The notes under the pieces: model-generated
Databases searched by the model: none
The model's input: the letters and a program-made list of their open reading frames with translations, nothing else
What the model was told of the DNA's origin: nothing
Part shown: positions 20,683 through 30,906 of the stretch, piece after piece
How the letters are laid out: the number at the start of each line of letters is the position of its first letter
Position numbering within the stretch: the first letter of the stretch is position 1
Made by a program: the position numbers and the translations under genes
Assembly (NCBI GenBank): GCA_963840035.1
Contig: CAWIXE010000003.1
Coordinates: forward strand, 416,001-480,000
DNA length: 64,000 bases
DNA from: a candidate division FCPU426 bacterium
GTDB lineage: Bacteria > Oederibacteriota > PGYV01 > Palsa-1178
Reading direction: 5' to 3'

Positions 20683-22755
20683 TTGAAAAGACATGATGAT
20701 GAAATAAACAAAGAGGACATAATAAAGCTCCTCAAAACAGAGAAGCACGGCATGAATGCCAGGACCGTCATGCAGAAGCTTAAAATACCAAACAAATACC
20801 GCGCCACGGTCAAAAGGATACTAAAGGACCTCTCAAAAGAAGGCGCGCTGTTTAAGGATCATAAGAAATTCTCCGCTGAGGAAAGCAAAAAAACCATAAC
20901 GGGCAAGATTGACATACGCAATGAGTTCGGGTTTCTTTCCATGCCGGCAGGCGCGGGAGAGGATATCTTCATAAGCCCCAGGAACGCTGAGTACCTGCTT
21001 CCCGGAGATGTGATAGAAGTCTACCCCAGGCCGAGCAGGAGCGGCGGCATTGAAGGCGATTTAAAAAGGGTGGTCAGCAGGACAGAGGCGCCCGTTATGT
21101 GCAGGGTATCCTCGCAGGGCCGCGAAGTCTACGGGGTGCTTCCTTTCAAACTTAACCCCAGGATACGCATAATTAAACCGGCGGACAACCTCGAAGACGG
21201 GGACCTGGTGCTGCTTAAAGTTACAGATGTTGCCGGCGCTTTAACCGGCGAGGTTATCTCCCATATATACGACAAAAGCGACCTTAGCCTGTATGTCCAG
21301 TTCATACTCAACCGCTGCGAGATCCGGCAGGCTTTTTCCGACAATGTACTGGCCGAAGCTGAAGGGATGAGCATTGATACATCAAATACAACTGGAAGGG
21401 TTGACCTGCGCGATGAGATAATAGTCACAATAGACCCGAAAGACGCCAAGGATTTTGATGATGCCATATCGCTAGAGAAAAAAGGCGATAATTATATGCT
21501 TGGTGTACACATAGCCGATGTGACACACTACATAAAGGAAGGTTCGGAACTTGACGCGGAAGCCGCGCTCCGAGGGACCAGCGTTTACCTTCCGGGTTCT
21601 GTCATACCCATGCTGCCTGAAAAACTCTCGAACGGGCTGTGTTCACTTAAGGGCGGGGAAGACAGGATGGCCTTTTCCATATTTATGAATGTGGGCAAGG
21701 ACGGACAAATCATAGATTACTCCATAAAAGAAACCATTATTAATAACAAACGCCGTTTTACCTATGAGGAAGTGGAAGACATATTAAACGGCGCGCCTTT
21801 CGCCGATAAGCAAATAAAGGACACACTCATGCTGATGAACGAGCTGAAAACCATCATGAGGAAGAAATTCCGGGCGGAGGGCGCGATTGATTTTACCCTT
21901 GGCGAGCCTGTTTTTGTTTATGGCGCTGATGGAAAGATAGAGAATATAATCAGGAAGGAATCGCTGGAATCCAACAAACTCATAGAATATTTTATGGTAT
22001 CGGCGAACATATGCGCCGCTGATTTCATAACGAAAAATTCACGGAACGGCATGTTCCGGGTCCATGAGAAGCCGTCGCAGAGGGATGTTGATGAATTTAA
22101 CACATACATGCGCGGGCTGGGGCTTGACGTCAAGATGAAAAAGGGTTCAAACGGCGAATTCCAGAGGGTCATTGACAGCGTTAAGGACCATGAAAAAAGG
22201 TATTTAATCGAGAAGAACCTGCTGCGCGCCATGAAGCTCGCGAGGTACTCCGAGAAAAATCTCGGCCACTTCGGGCTCGGCCTTGAAAAATACACCCATT
22301 TTACCTCGCCCATCAGGCGCTATGCGGATGTCATAGTGCACAGGTTAATCAAACATTTCTCCGGCGTGGAAACCATGAAGGACGCGGAAAAAAGGTATCT
22401 TATGGAGACTGCGGACAATATATCGTCATGCGAGGAAAGGTCTGAAAAGGCGGAAAATGACATGTTCAGGCTTTACGCCCTTGATTTTTTAAAGCCGAGG
22501 CTTGGGGACGTTTTTGAAGGGGTAATATCAAGGGTGACAAAAAACGGGCTTATCGTGGAATTGAAAGATTATCCTGTGGAAGGTTTCGTGGGTTTTGATA
22601 TAATGATGGATGACTACTACGTATTCGACCAGTTCAGGCAGACTGCCACCGGCAAAAGGACGAAGAGGATATTTTCCACGGGTAAAACCGTATCCGTTGC
22701 CATTGACAGGATTGACCTGGAATCCCTTAAATTGGAACTGGAGCTTGTTAAATGA
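20683..22755 (+). CDS. rnr: Ribonuclease R (RNB family)
   Basis: TIDPKDAKDFDDAIS, HIADVTHY, HFTSPIRRYAD and a C-terminal S1 domain. Confidence 0.93.
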   Translation: MKRHDDEINKEDIIKLLKTEKHGMNARTVMQKLKIPNKYRATVKRILKDLSKEGALFKDHKKFSAEESKKTITGKIDIRNEFGFLSMPAGAGEDIFISPRNAEYLLPGDVIEVYPRPSRSGGIEGDLKRVVSRTEAPVMCRVSSQGREVYGVLPFKLNPRIRIIKPADNLEDGDLVLLKVTDVAGALTGEVISHIYDKSDLSLYVQFILNRCEIRQAFSDNVLAEAEGMSIDTSNTTGRVDLRDEIIVTIDPKDAKDFDDAISLEKKGDNYMLGVHIADVTHYIKEGSELDAEAALRGTSVYLPGSVIPMLPEKLSNGLCSLKGGEDRMAFSIFMNVGKDGQIIDYSIKETIINNKRRFTYEEVEDILNGAPFADKQIKDTLMLMNELKTIMRKKFRAEGAIDFTLGEPVFVYGADGKIENIIRKESLESNKLIEYFMVSANICAADFITKNSRNGMFRVHEKPSQRDVDEFNTYMRGLGLDVKMKKGSNGEFQRVIDSVKDHEKRYLIEKNLLRAMKLARYSEKNLGHFGLGLEKYTHFTSPIRRYADVIVHRLIKHFSGVETMKDAEKRYLMETADNISSCEERSEKAENDMFRLYALDFLKPRLGDVFEGVISRVTKNGLIVELKDYPVEGFVGFDIMMDDYYVFDQFRQTATGKRTKRIFSTGKTVSVAIDRIDLESLKLELELVK

Positions 22756-24155
22756 AAAAAATATGTTTTGCGGCACTCTTCCTTCTTTTAGCCTGCATCA
22801 TAGGCGCTTCCTCCTCAGGGGTTACCTCTGTTTTTGATCTTGGCACCAGCGTCAGGGCGCAGAGCCTGGGCGGCGCTTTTACCGCGGCTGTAGATGACCC
22901 GGGCTGCATATATTTTAACCCTGCTTCGCTGCATACGCTTGAGCGTACAAGGATGGAAGCCGCATATATTCCCATGTTTTTTGACACTGCATACAGCTAC
23001 ATATTGATAGGTCTTCCCACGGTGGATGTAGGAACTTTTGGGTTCTCGGCCGCCATGATAAGGACGGGCAATCTGACAATCAGGGATGCAGGAGGGACAA
23101 AACTTTACGACAGCTCACAGGTTTTGTTTGAATCGGTCATGGGATGGGGCAGGGATTTCTTTGACGAACGCTTAAGCCTGGGAGTAAACGCGAGGCTTGA
23201 TTACCATTACCTGGAAAATTTTACAAGCGACATCGGGGCCGGGATTGATGTGGGCGCGTTATACCGCGTAATACAGGATAAAACACAGGTGTTAAACGCG
23301 GGTTTAACTTTAAGGAACGCCCTGGAGCCGGCTCTAAAACTAGGGACAGGCGATAACACCGTGCCCAGAAGGCTCGTAGCCGGAATTTCCTATAACATGA
23401 CAATAATACCTGAAATATCCGCAGCGGTTTACGCGGACTTTACAGCGCCCCTATGGGCTGATTTTGATTTCGCGGCCGGCATAGAAGGGGTATTTTACAA
23501 AACGGTTTCACTCAGGATCGGGTTTAACTCATACGGTATATATTCGGCTGGCGCGGGCGTTAACATCCTGGATATCGCGGCAATCGATTACGGACTTTTT
23601 ATTTCCGAGATAGACACTCAGCACAGGCTCGCGCTTAAAATGTTCTTCGGGGAGAACATCCCGGAGCAACGCAGGGAAAAGGTAAAAATAGAAGCCGCAA
23701 AGATAGAAAAAAAGGCGAAGGAACTGGCCGCAAAAGAACTCCTTCAGCTGCGCGGGCAGATAGACAAGATGACAGGCGCGGCCACGCAGAAGGAACGTTT
23801 TAAGGCCGTTCATTATACGCGGGGCATAGAGGCATATTTTGACGGGGATTTAAAAACTTCAGCCGCGGAATTTGACGCCGTGTACCAGGCGGACAGCGCG
23901 TATATGAATGTCCAATATTACCTTTCGATGCTAAAAGGCATGCTCGGACGCTCAAATCAGGATAATTATACCGAAGAAGTGCTCACGCTTTACAGGGACG
24001 GCGTGGCAAAGTACTTAAAACAGGATTACGCCGGAGCCAGGGATTCATGGCAAAAAATACTGAAAGCGGACCCTTACAATAAGCTGGCCATGGAGAACTT
24101 AAAGGAAGTTAACTCGCTTTTAAGGGACATAGACGGAATGAAGGAGAATAAATAG
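22752..24155 (+). CDS. PorV/PorQ-like outer-membrane beta-barrel with coiled-coil and TPR-like C-terminus
   Basis: Signal peptide, then VRAQSLGGAFTAAVDDPGCIYFNPASL, typical of the PorV/FadL-like N-terminus; helical TPR-like tail. Confidence 0.7.
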   Translation: MKKICFAALFLLLACIIGASSSGVTSVFDLGTSVRAQSLGGAFTAAVDDPGCIYFNPASLHTLERTRMEAAYIPMFFDTAYSYILIGLPTVDVGTFGFSAAMIRTGNLTIRDAGGTKLYDSSQVLFESVMGWGRDFFDERLSLGVNARLDYHYLENFTSDIGAGIDVGALYRVIQDKTQVLNAGLTLRNALEPALKLGTGDNTVPRRLVAGISYNMTIIPEISAAVYADFTAPLWADFDFAAGIEGVFYKTVSLRIGFNSYGIYSAGAGVNILDIAAIDYGLFISEIDTQHRLALKMFFGENIPEQRREKVKIEAAKIEKKAKELAAKELLQLRGQIDKMTGAATQKERFKAVHYTRGIEAYFDGDLKTSAAEFDAVYQADSAYMNVQYYLSMLKGMLGRSNQDNYTEEVLTLYRDGVAKYLKQDYAGARDSWQKILKADPYNKLAMENLKEVNSLLRDIDGMKENK

Positions 24156-26482
24156 TGAAGTTTTTTTCCAACAAGCTTTTAAAAGAGGAGACTTTCGTCC
24201 TTCCGGCAAAAAGGACCTTTGTTCCGGAAATGAAGGAAAGAATCCAGGCTATATGCAGGGAATTCGGCTTTACATATAAGGACGTAAACAACCTTATGAT
24301 AGTCCTTGATGAGGCTTGCTCTAATATTATACGACATGCCTATAAGGATAAACCAGAAGGCGGCGACATTACATTTGAGATTAAGATCAGGGAAAAGGGC
24401 ATTTACCTTACGCTCATAGATACAGGCATAAGTTTTAACTGGAAAAACTTCAGGACGCCGAACCTCAATCACTACGTGGACATCGGTAAAAAAGGCGGGC
24501 TTGGCGTATGGATAATAAGGAAACTTACTGATAAAAGCGACTATAAAGTGACTGAACGCGGGAACGAACTCATTCTGGCAAAATACCACTCGGGCGAGAA
24601 CATCATAAACTGGCTTATAAATTCCGTTTCATCCGCCAAGGGCATAAAGGAAAGGTTTGTGCTGGCCACCACGATTTTTATTTCCATTATCGTTTTGGCC
24701 CTGTACTCCTATTTTATTTCCCACGAAAGGAACGCGCTGCGCGATAAGTTCATATCCTATAATTCCGACATAGTACGCAGCCTTTCAAAATCAAGCGCGG
24801 AAAGGATAATAAAGGGCAATTACCTTTCACTTATACAATTATTAAAGGAAATTAAGGCCAATAATGAGAATATCGACCAGGTTTTTGTCATAAACACCGA
24901 AGGACGCATCATGGCACATAATGACGCGGCTTTATTATATACCGAATACTTCCGCGATGATAAGCGCGTTACCGACCGGGTTACATCCGGAGATGTTATT
25001 GTCTTAAAGTATAAAATGGATAAAGGTTACAGGTACGACATAGCGCGTTCCATTATTTTTCAGGGTATAGAAATGGGCGAAGTCCACCTTTACGTCACGC
25101 AGAAAGCCATAGGCAGGGTGATGTCGGGTAAATCCCTCAATATCATAATAGCAAGCCTGCTTATATTCCTTATCGCCGCAGTCGGCATATATGCGCTGCT
25201 TGGGCTTATCATCAGGCCTCTCCAGCGCTTAAGGGAAGGCGCACTTGCCATCGGCGAGGGCAGGCTTGACCACAGGATAGAGCTCGAGGGCGCGGATGAA
25301 TTCTCGCAGATAGCCAACGCGTTTAATGATATGGCTTCGAAATTCAAGGGCGCGCAGGAGTCTTTGGTAGAGCAGGAAAAAATGCAGAAGGAAATCGCGG
25401 TGGCAAAGGAGATACAGCAGACACTCCTCCCGAAGGTAATGCCGGATACCGAAGGCTTTGACATAGCGTCGCTATACAGGTCAGCCAAAGAAGTCGGAGG
25501 GGATTATTACGACGTCATACCGGTGGGCCCGCATTTAACGGGAGTAATTGTCGCGGACGTTTCGGGAAAGGGCGTGCCCGGATCGCTGGTTATGACCATA
25601 ACCAGGACCGTTGTCAGGCTCGTATCCCTAAAAAACAGGTCAGCCAAGAGCGTCCTCACCAAGGTAAATACATTTGTTAAAGAGGACATGAAAAAAGGGA
25701 TGTTTGTCACGGCTTTTTATCTGGTGCTTAATTCCGTCACCAGGAAGATAAATTTCGCGAGCGCAGGACATGACCCGCTTATCCTTTACAGGGCAAAAGA
25801 AGACAAAGTATACTACATAAAACCAAAAGGCTTCCCGCTGGGTATTTCGCTGCCTGACGAAGGGCTTTTTAAAAAGGTCATGACGGAGGAAAATATCAAA
25901 CTCCAGAAGGACGACTTCCTATTAATATATACCGACGGCATAACAGAGGCCATGAACGGCAAGCGCGAACTTTGGGGTGAAAAGCGTTTTGTCGAGTTTA
26001 TCAGGGCAAACGGGAAATTAACCCCGAGGGAATTCATAGACAAGTTCGATATGGAATTAAAGGAGTTTACGCAGGGTTACCCGCAAAATGACGACATTAC
26101 GATAGTGGCTATAAAGGAAAGAAAAACAGGCGCCGGCATGCTGCGGGAGATAGATAAAAAGATAGCGGCATTAAGGAAGAAAAGAATGACCACAAAAGAG
26201 ATTGAAAAAGAGCTGGGTGTTAATGTGGATGTCCTTAAAAAGCTGAAAAAGGACAAGGGCGCGCAGACAGAAGCCATACGCTTCCTGACATTTGAGCAGA
26301 AAAAGGAACTCATGAACCTTGTACTTGAGAAACCTGAGACGCATACCGCGGCATACGCGGAGGAAATGTCCAAAAAATACCAGGTTGAAATTACTGAAAA
26401 ACTCGTGCTGGACGAGTTAAAGCGCGTAAACCTCGTAAAGTCAAAACAGAGGATCCTGTACGCGGCCGAGAGGAAGAAATAG
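24155..26482 (+). CDS. Fusion of RsbW-like HATPase, 2 TM sensor, HAMP and SpoIIE/PP2C phosphatase
   Basis: LDEACSNIIRHAY..DTG..GGLGVWII; HAMP PLQRLRE..DEFSQIANAFNDM; EVGGDYYD, ADVSGKGVPG, YTDGITEA and DDITIV. Confidence 0.88.
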   Translation: MKFFSNKLLKEETFVLPAKRTFVPEMKERIQAICREFGFTYKDVNNLMIVLDEACSNIIRHAYKDKPEGGDITFEIKIREKGIYLTLIDTGISFNWKNFRTPNLNHYVDIGKKGGLGVWIIRKLTDKSDYKVTERGNELILAKYHSGENIINWLINSVSSAKGIKERFVLATTIFISIIVLALYSYFISHERNALRDKFISYNSDIVRSLSKSSAERIIKGNYLSLIQLLKEIKANNENIDQVFVINTEGRIMAHNDAALLYTEYFRDDKRVTDRVTSGDVIVLKYKMDKGYRYDIARSIIFQGIEMGEVHLYVTQKAIGRVMSGKSLNIIIASLLIFLIAAVGIYALLGLIIRPLQRLREGALAIGEGRLDHRIELEGADEFSQIANAFNDMASKFKGAQESLVEQEKMQKEIAVAKEIQQTLLPKVMPDTEGFDIASLYRSAKEVGGDYYDVIPVGPHLTGVIVADVSGKGVPGSLVMTITRTVVRLVSLKNRSAKSVLTKVNTFVKEDMKKGMFVTAFYLVLNSVTRKINFASAGHDPLILYRAKEDKVYYIKPKGFPLGISLPDEGLFKKVMTEENIKLQKDDFLLIYTDGITEAMNGKRELWGEKRFVEFIRANGKLTPREFIDKFDMELKEFTQGYPQNDDITIVAIKERKTGAGMLREIDKKIAALRKKRMTTKEIEKELGVNVDVLKKLKKDKGAQTEAIRFLTFEQKKELMNLVLEKPETHTAAYAEEMSKKYQVEITEKLVLDELKRVNLVKSKQRILYAAERKK

Positions 26483-26490
26483 GAGGATTT

Positions 26491-27735
26491 ATGTTCAGGC
26501 AGTTAAATTTTACCGCGGCAACGGAAAGAAAAATACTTGCCGAGATAGAAAAGTTAAACAATATAGAGATGGAAGTGCCGGCGTCAATTATTGCCATTGT
26601 TAAAGACGTTGAAAAGCACGGCGATGCCGCTGTAAAAAAATACACGCGCAAATTCGACGGCGTGGAGGCAAAAGCGCTCAGGGTTACACCCGCCGAAGTC
26701 AAAGCCGCGTACAATCTGGTTGATGAGAGGCTTTTCAGTCCGATTAAGACCGCTATTAAAAATATAGCCGGTTTTCACTCGTTGCAGAAAAAGAACATAA
26801 GCGATTTTGTCTTTAATAATAATGGTTATAAAATAACACAGAAATACCTTCCGCTTGAATCGGCGGGTATTTACATACCGGGCGGCCAGGCCCCGCTTTT
26901 TTCCACCGTCCTTATGGCGGGAATACCGGCGCTTATCGCCGGGGTTAAAAGGATAGCGCTCATATCCCCACCCAGGTATAACGGCGACATAAACCCATAC
27001 ATCCTGGTGGCTGCCGACCTGATAGGAATTAAGGAGATTTACCGGGCGGGAGGGGCACAAGGAATAGCGGCCCTGGCATACGGCACAAAAACAATCAAAA
27101 AAGTCGATAAGATATGCGGGCCGGGAAATATTTACTCGACCATGGCAAAAAAATATATCTTTGGCAGGGCCGGGATTGATTCGCTTAACGGGCCTTCGGA
27201 AATAACCATCATAGCGGATGACTCGGCAAACGCCGAATTTGTCTCAAGGGACCTTCTGGCTCAGGCTGAGCATGTAAACGGACATGCCATGCTTATTACC
27301 ACATCCAAAAAACTCTCGGCTGAGATAAAAAGAAAGATTGGAAATGCGGAATACTCAATAACGGCGGTTATTGTGAAAAACATGGAGCAGGCCGTAAAAT
27401 TGGCCAATTTCAAGGCGCCGGAGCATCTCCTGATATCGGCTAAGAACCCGCAAAAAATTATCAAGGGCATCACTTCCGCGCCGGCGATATTCATAGGAAA
27501 CTACACGCCGGTGGCGTTCGGGGACTATATGGCGGGCGCAAACCACATACTGCCTACTAACGGGACATCAAGGTTCTTTTCCGGACTTTCTGTGCTGGAT
27601 TTTTTAAAGCATACGCACATAGTGGAGGCGACAAGGGAGGCCATGGATAAATTCGGGCCGGACGCGGAGATGCTCGCGGAGATAGAGACATTAGTCGCGC
27701 ATAAGAAATCAATGATGGCCAGGAGAAAGCTGTGA
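26491..27735 (+). CDS. hisD: Histidinol dehydrogenase
   Basis: GIYIPGG, GGAQGIAALAYG, GPSEI, LAQAEH, APEHL and GANHILPT. Confidence 0.95.
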   Translation: MFRQLNFTAATERKILAEIEKLNNIEMEVPASIIAIVKDVEKHGDAAVKKYTRKFDGVEAKALRVTPAEVKAAYNLVDERLFSPIKTAIKNIAGFHSLQKKNISDFVFNNNGYKITQKYLPLESAGIYIPGGQAPLFSTVLMAGIPALIAGVKRIALISPPRYNGDINPYILVAADLIGIKEIYRAGGAQGIAALAYGTKTIKKVDKICGPGNIYSTMAKKYIFGRAGIDSLNGPSEITIIADDSANAEFVSRDLLAQAEHVNGHAMLITTSKKLSAEIKRKIGNAEYSITAVIVKNMEQAVKLANFKAPEHLLISAKNPQKIIKGITSAPAIFIGNYTPVAFGDYMAGANHILPTNGTSRFFSGLSVLDFLKHTHIVEATREAMDKFGPDAEMLAEIETLVAHKKSMMARRKL

Positions 27736-28772
27736 ATATAAAGGAAATGCAGAGGAATTCCATAAAAGGTCTTGAGCCTTATAACCCGGGCCTGCTGGAA
27801 GACTACCTGTATAAACTTGACGCCAATGAAAGCGGTTATGACATACCGCCGGCAATAAAAAAGAAGGTATTAAAAAAATTCTCGTCAATTAATTTTAACC
27901 GCTACCCTGACCCGGGCGCGCGGGCGTTAAAAGCCGCGCTCGCAAAAGGCAACGGGGTTAAGGCGGAAAATATAATTCTCGGGAACGGCTCTGACGAGCT
28001 CATTCATTACCTTATACAGGCTTTTACAAACCCGGGTGATAAAGTTGTTTCTCCTGTGCCTTCATTTGACATGTACAGGATACTGGCCCTGGCAAACGGC
28101 GCGAAGCCGGTTTTAGTCCCGCTTGACGAGCGTTTTGACCTTGATGAAAAGGCCATGATGAAGGCCGCGAAAGGGGCAAAGCTGATGTTCCTGGCTTACC
28201 CGAATAACCCTACGGGAAACTGTTTTTCAGGCGACGCCATACTGCGCATTATTAGGGACGCGGATTGCCTGGTGGTACTTGATGAGGCTTATTTTGAATT
28301 TTCAAATAAAAGTTTTCTTTGCATGCTTAAAAAAAGGAAGAACCTGGTAATATTGCGCACCTTTTCAAAGGCTTACTCCATGGCGGGCTTAAGGCTCGGT
28401 TACATGATGGCGTCACCGGAAATAATTGACGCTGTCAATAAAGTCAGGCTTCCATATAATGTGAATTCATTGACACAGGCCTGCGCCGTGGAAATGCTTA
28501 AATGCCCCATAAAAAAGACCCTTGATAAGATAATGCTTGAAAAGGAAATAGCGTATGACCTGCTGAAAAAGGATTACCCCATAGTTTACGGTGACGCGAA
28601 TTTTCTTTTAATTAAAGTCGAGGATACCGTTTCCGCGTTAAAGGCTTTTAAAAAATCAGGAATATCCGTGCGCGCTTTCGGAAGCGGGCCCCTTTCCGGG
28701 TTTATCAGGCTGACCATAGGCAAGCCGGAAGAGAACAAAGCGGCAATAAAAATATTAAAAAGAGGTGTATGA
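27732..28772 (+). CDS. hisC: Histidinol-phosphate aminotransferase
   Basis: KLDANES, GNGSDELI, PNNPTG, DEAYFEF and RTFSKAYSMAGLRLG. Confidence 0.93.
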   Translation: MNIKEMQRNSIKGLEPYNPGLLEDYLYKLDANESGYDIPPAIKKKVLKKFSSINFNRYPDPGARALKAALAKGNGVKAENIILGNGSDELIHYLIQAFTNPGDKVVSPVPSFDMYRILALANGAKPVLVPLDERFDLDEKAMMKAAKGAKLMFLAYPNNPTGNCFSGDAILRIIRDADCLVVLDEAYFEFSNKSFLCMLKKRKNLVILRTFSKAYSMAGLRLGYMMASPEIIDAVNKVRLPYNVNSLTQACAVEMLKCPIKKTLDKIMLEKEIAYDLLKKDYPIVYGDANFLLIKVEDTVSALKAFKKSGISVRAFGSGPLSGFIRLTIGKPEENKAAIKILKRGV

Positions 28773-29365
28773 TGAAAAATAAGCAGAGGAAAGCCGGGAT
28801 AATAAGGAAGACAAAGGAGACTGACATAAAGCTGTCAGTCAACCTGGACGGAACCGGCAAATACAGCGTTAAAACAAACGAACCGTTTATGACGCACATG
28901 CTCGAGCAGCTCTCAAAGCACAGCGGCATAGATATGACAGCCGCGGCCAAAGGCGACGTGGAAATAGACGCGCACCATCTGACGGAGGACCTGGGCATCA
29001 CCCTCGGGCAGGCAATCGCGAAGGCGCTCGGGGATAAAAAAGGCATTAAAAGGTTTGGCTCTGCGGGAGTACTTGACGAGGCGTTGTGCAGGGTGGTGCT
29101 TGACCTTTCAGGCAGGGCATATATAAGCTACAACGTGAAGCTGAATGTAAAAAAGATCGGGACTTTTGACACGGAACTTGTTGAGGAGTTTTTTAACGGT
29201 TTCGCGCGCGGAGGCGAGTTTACCCTCCACATAGACCAGCTTAAGGGCAAGAACACGCACCACATACTGGAAGCGGTGTTTAAAGGCTTCGCGCTGGCTT
29301 TAAAAGACGCGGTAAAAGCGGAAGGCAAATCACTGCCGTCCACAAAAGGCCGGTTAAAGAAATGA
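28769..29365 (+). CDS. hisB: Imidazoleglycerol-phosphate dehydratase
   Basis: RKTKETDI, DAHHLTED and NTHHILEAVFK. Confidence 0.95.
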   Translation: MMKNKQRKAGIIRKTKETDIKLSVNLDGTGKYSVKTNEPFMTHMLEQLSKHSGIDMTAAAKGDVEIDAHHLTEDLGITLGQAIAKALGDKKGIKRFGSAGVLDEALCRVVLDLSGRAYISYNVKLNVKKIGTFDTELVEEFFNGFARGGEFTLHIDQLKGKNTHHILEAVFKGFALALKDAVKAEGKSLPSTKGRLKK

Positions 29366-29991
29366 AAAAGATAGCTGTTATAGATTACGGCATGGGTAAC
29401 CTTCACAGCGTTATGAAGGCTCTGCAGCGGGAAAAGATACCTGCAATCCTTACGGACAAACCGTCAGTCATCAGGAAAGCCTGCGGAATAATACTTCCGG
29501 GGGTCGGCGCTTTTAATGACGCCATGAAGGAAATAAAGAAACGTAAATTGCAGGGTGTTTTAACGGAAGAAGTTGAAAACGGCAAGCCTATCATGGGTAT
29601 ATGCCTTGGCATGCAGCTGCTTTTTTCGCAATCAGCAGAGTTTGGAAACCATAAAGGATTGGGGTTCATAAAGGGAAAAGTAATCAAATTCAAAAAAGGC
29701 ATGAAAGTGCCGCACATGGGCTGGAACAGGCTCAAAATAGTCAACAGGAAGTCTAAAGTCATGAAAGGCATAAAGGACAACACGTATTTCTACTTTGTCC
29801 ACTCATACTACACGGTTCCAACGGATAAAAAAGCCATATTGACAAAAACGCAATATGGTAATACTATCTTTACCTCGGCGGTGGAAATGGGCAATGTATT
29901 CGGCTTTCAGTGCCACCCGGAGAAATCAAGCGAAACAGCGTTGAGGATATATAAGAACTTCTATGATATATGCAAAGGCCGTTTGAGTTAA
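29362..29991 (+). CDS. hisH: Imidazole glycerol phosphate synthase, glutaminase subunit
   Basis: DYGMGNL, LPGVGAF, GICLGMQ, PHMGWN and HPEKS. Confidence 0.96.
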   Translation: MKKIAVIDYGMGNLHSVMKALQREKIPAILTDKPSVIRKACGIILPGVGAFNDAMKEIKKRKLQGVLTEEVENGKPIMGICLGMQLLFSQSAEFGNHKGLGFIKGKVIKFKKGMKVPHMGWNRLKIVNRKSKVMKGIKDNTYFYFVHSYYTVPTDKKAILTKTQYGNTIFTSAVEMGNVFGFQCHPEKSSETALRIYKNFYDICKGRLS

Positions 29992-30143
29992 AGAGACAGG
30001 AGATAGGAGACAGAAGTAAGGGTAAGAACTTAAGAGGTTAAGAGACAAGAGATTGGAGACAGGAGTAAGCCGTTTTTAAGTACGCAAGAGCTCGAGCGCT
30101 GGAATGCATTACTTTTGTCTCCAGTCTCCTGTCTCTTAAACTC
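29985..30143. repeat. Three 36-nt heptamer blocks (unit GGAGACA): two direct, one inverted
   Basis: Blocks at 29985-30020 and 30034-30069 align without gaps to the reverse complement of 30108-30143. Confidence 0.9.
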
Positions 30144-30171
30144 TACTGAACTTAAAATAACAGGAGAAACC

Positions 30172-30906
30172 ATGCAGATTATACCCGCAATTGACATAAG
30201 AAAAGGCAAGTGCGTCCGCCTCATACAGGGTGATGTGCGCGATGAGACCGTGTACTCGAAAGAGCCTGTGGATGTGGCAAAACTGTGGCAGGTTCAGGGC
30301 GCGAAGCTGATACATGTCGTTGATTTAGACGGCGCTTTGACAGGCACGACTAAGAATATTGATATAATAATGAAAATTATAAAAGCTTTAAGGATAAAAA
30401 TAGAAGTCGGCGGCGGCCTTCGCGATGAGGAAGATATAAAAAAATATATAAAAGCTGATGTTAAAAGGGTAATACTTTCAACTTCAGCCATATCCAAGCC
30501 GGGTTTCCTTGAGGAAATGATAGAAAAATACAAGGATAAAATAGTGGTCGGAGTTGACGCGAAAGACGGATACATAGCTGTCAAAGGCTGGAAAGATATA
30601 ACGCAGATAAAGACCATTGACTTCATAAAGGACCTTGAGAAGAAAGGCGTTAAGACCATAGTCTATACCGACATAAACAGGGACGGGGTATTAAAAGGCC
30701 CGAATATAAAAGGCATAGTAAAGGTCTTAAAGAGCACGCGCATGAGGGTAATAGTCTCAGGCGGCATCACAAAACTGAAGAATATTGAGAAAGTAATGGA
30801 GCTTGATAAAAAATACGGCAACATAGAGGGAATCATAGTCGGAAAAGCCCTTTATACCGGAAGCATGGATTTGAAAGAGGCGATCAAGGTAGCGAAAGAC
30901 GTTTAG
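30172..30906 (+). CDS. hisA: ProFAR isomerase
   Basis: IIPAIDIRKGKCVRLIQG, HVVDLDGA and TDINRDG; ATG 30172 follows AGGAG. Confidence 0.96.
   Translation: MQIIPAIDIRKGKCVRLIQGDVRDETVYSKEPVDVAKLWQVQGAKLIHVVDLDGALTGTTKNIDIIMKIIKALRIKIEVGGGLRDEEDIKKYIKADVKRVILSTSAISKPGFLEEMIEKYKDKIVVGVDAKDGYIAVKGWKDITQIKTIDFIKDLEKKGVKTIVYTDINRDGVLKGPNIKGIVKVLKSTRMRVIVSGGITKLKNIEKVMELDKKYGNIEGIIVGKALYTGSMDLKEAIKVAKDV

Noticed and set aside
29985..30143. 36-nt repeats as a mini-CRISPR
   Set aside because: Only two direct copies 13 nt apart plus an inverted copy; internal 7-nt periodicity; no cas genes.
30115..30171. N-terminal extensions in the ORF track (hisA here; also parA, recX, alaS, kdpE, aroF and TA genes)
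   Set aside because: Downstream ATGs fit family N-termini and mostly have clear RBSs; the hisA extension merely reads through the repeat element.
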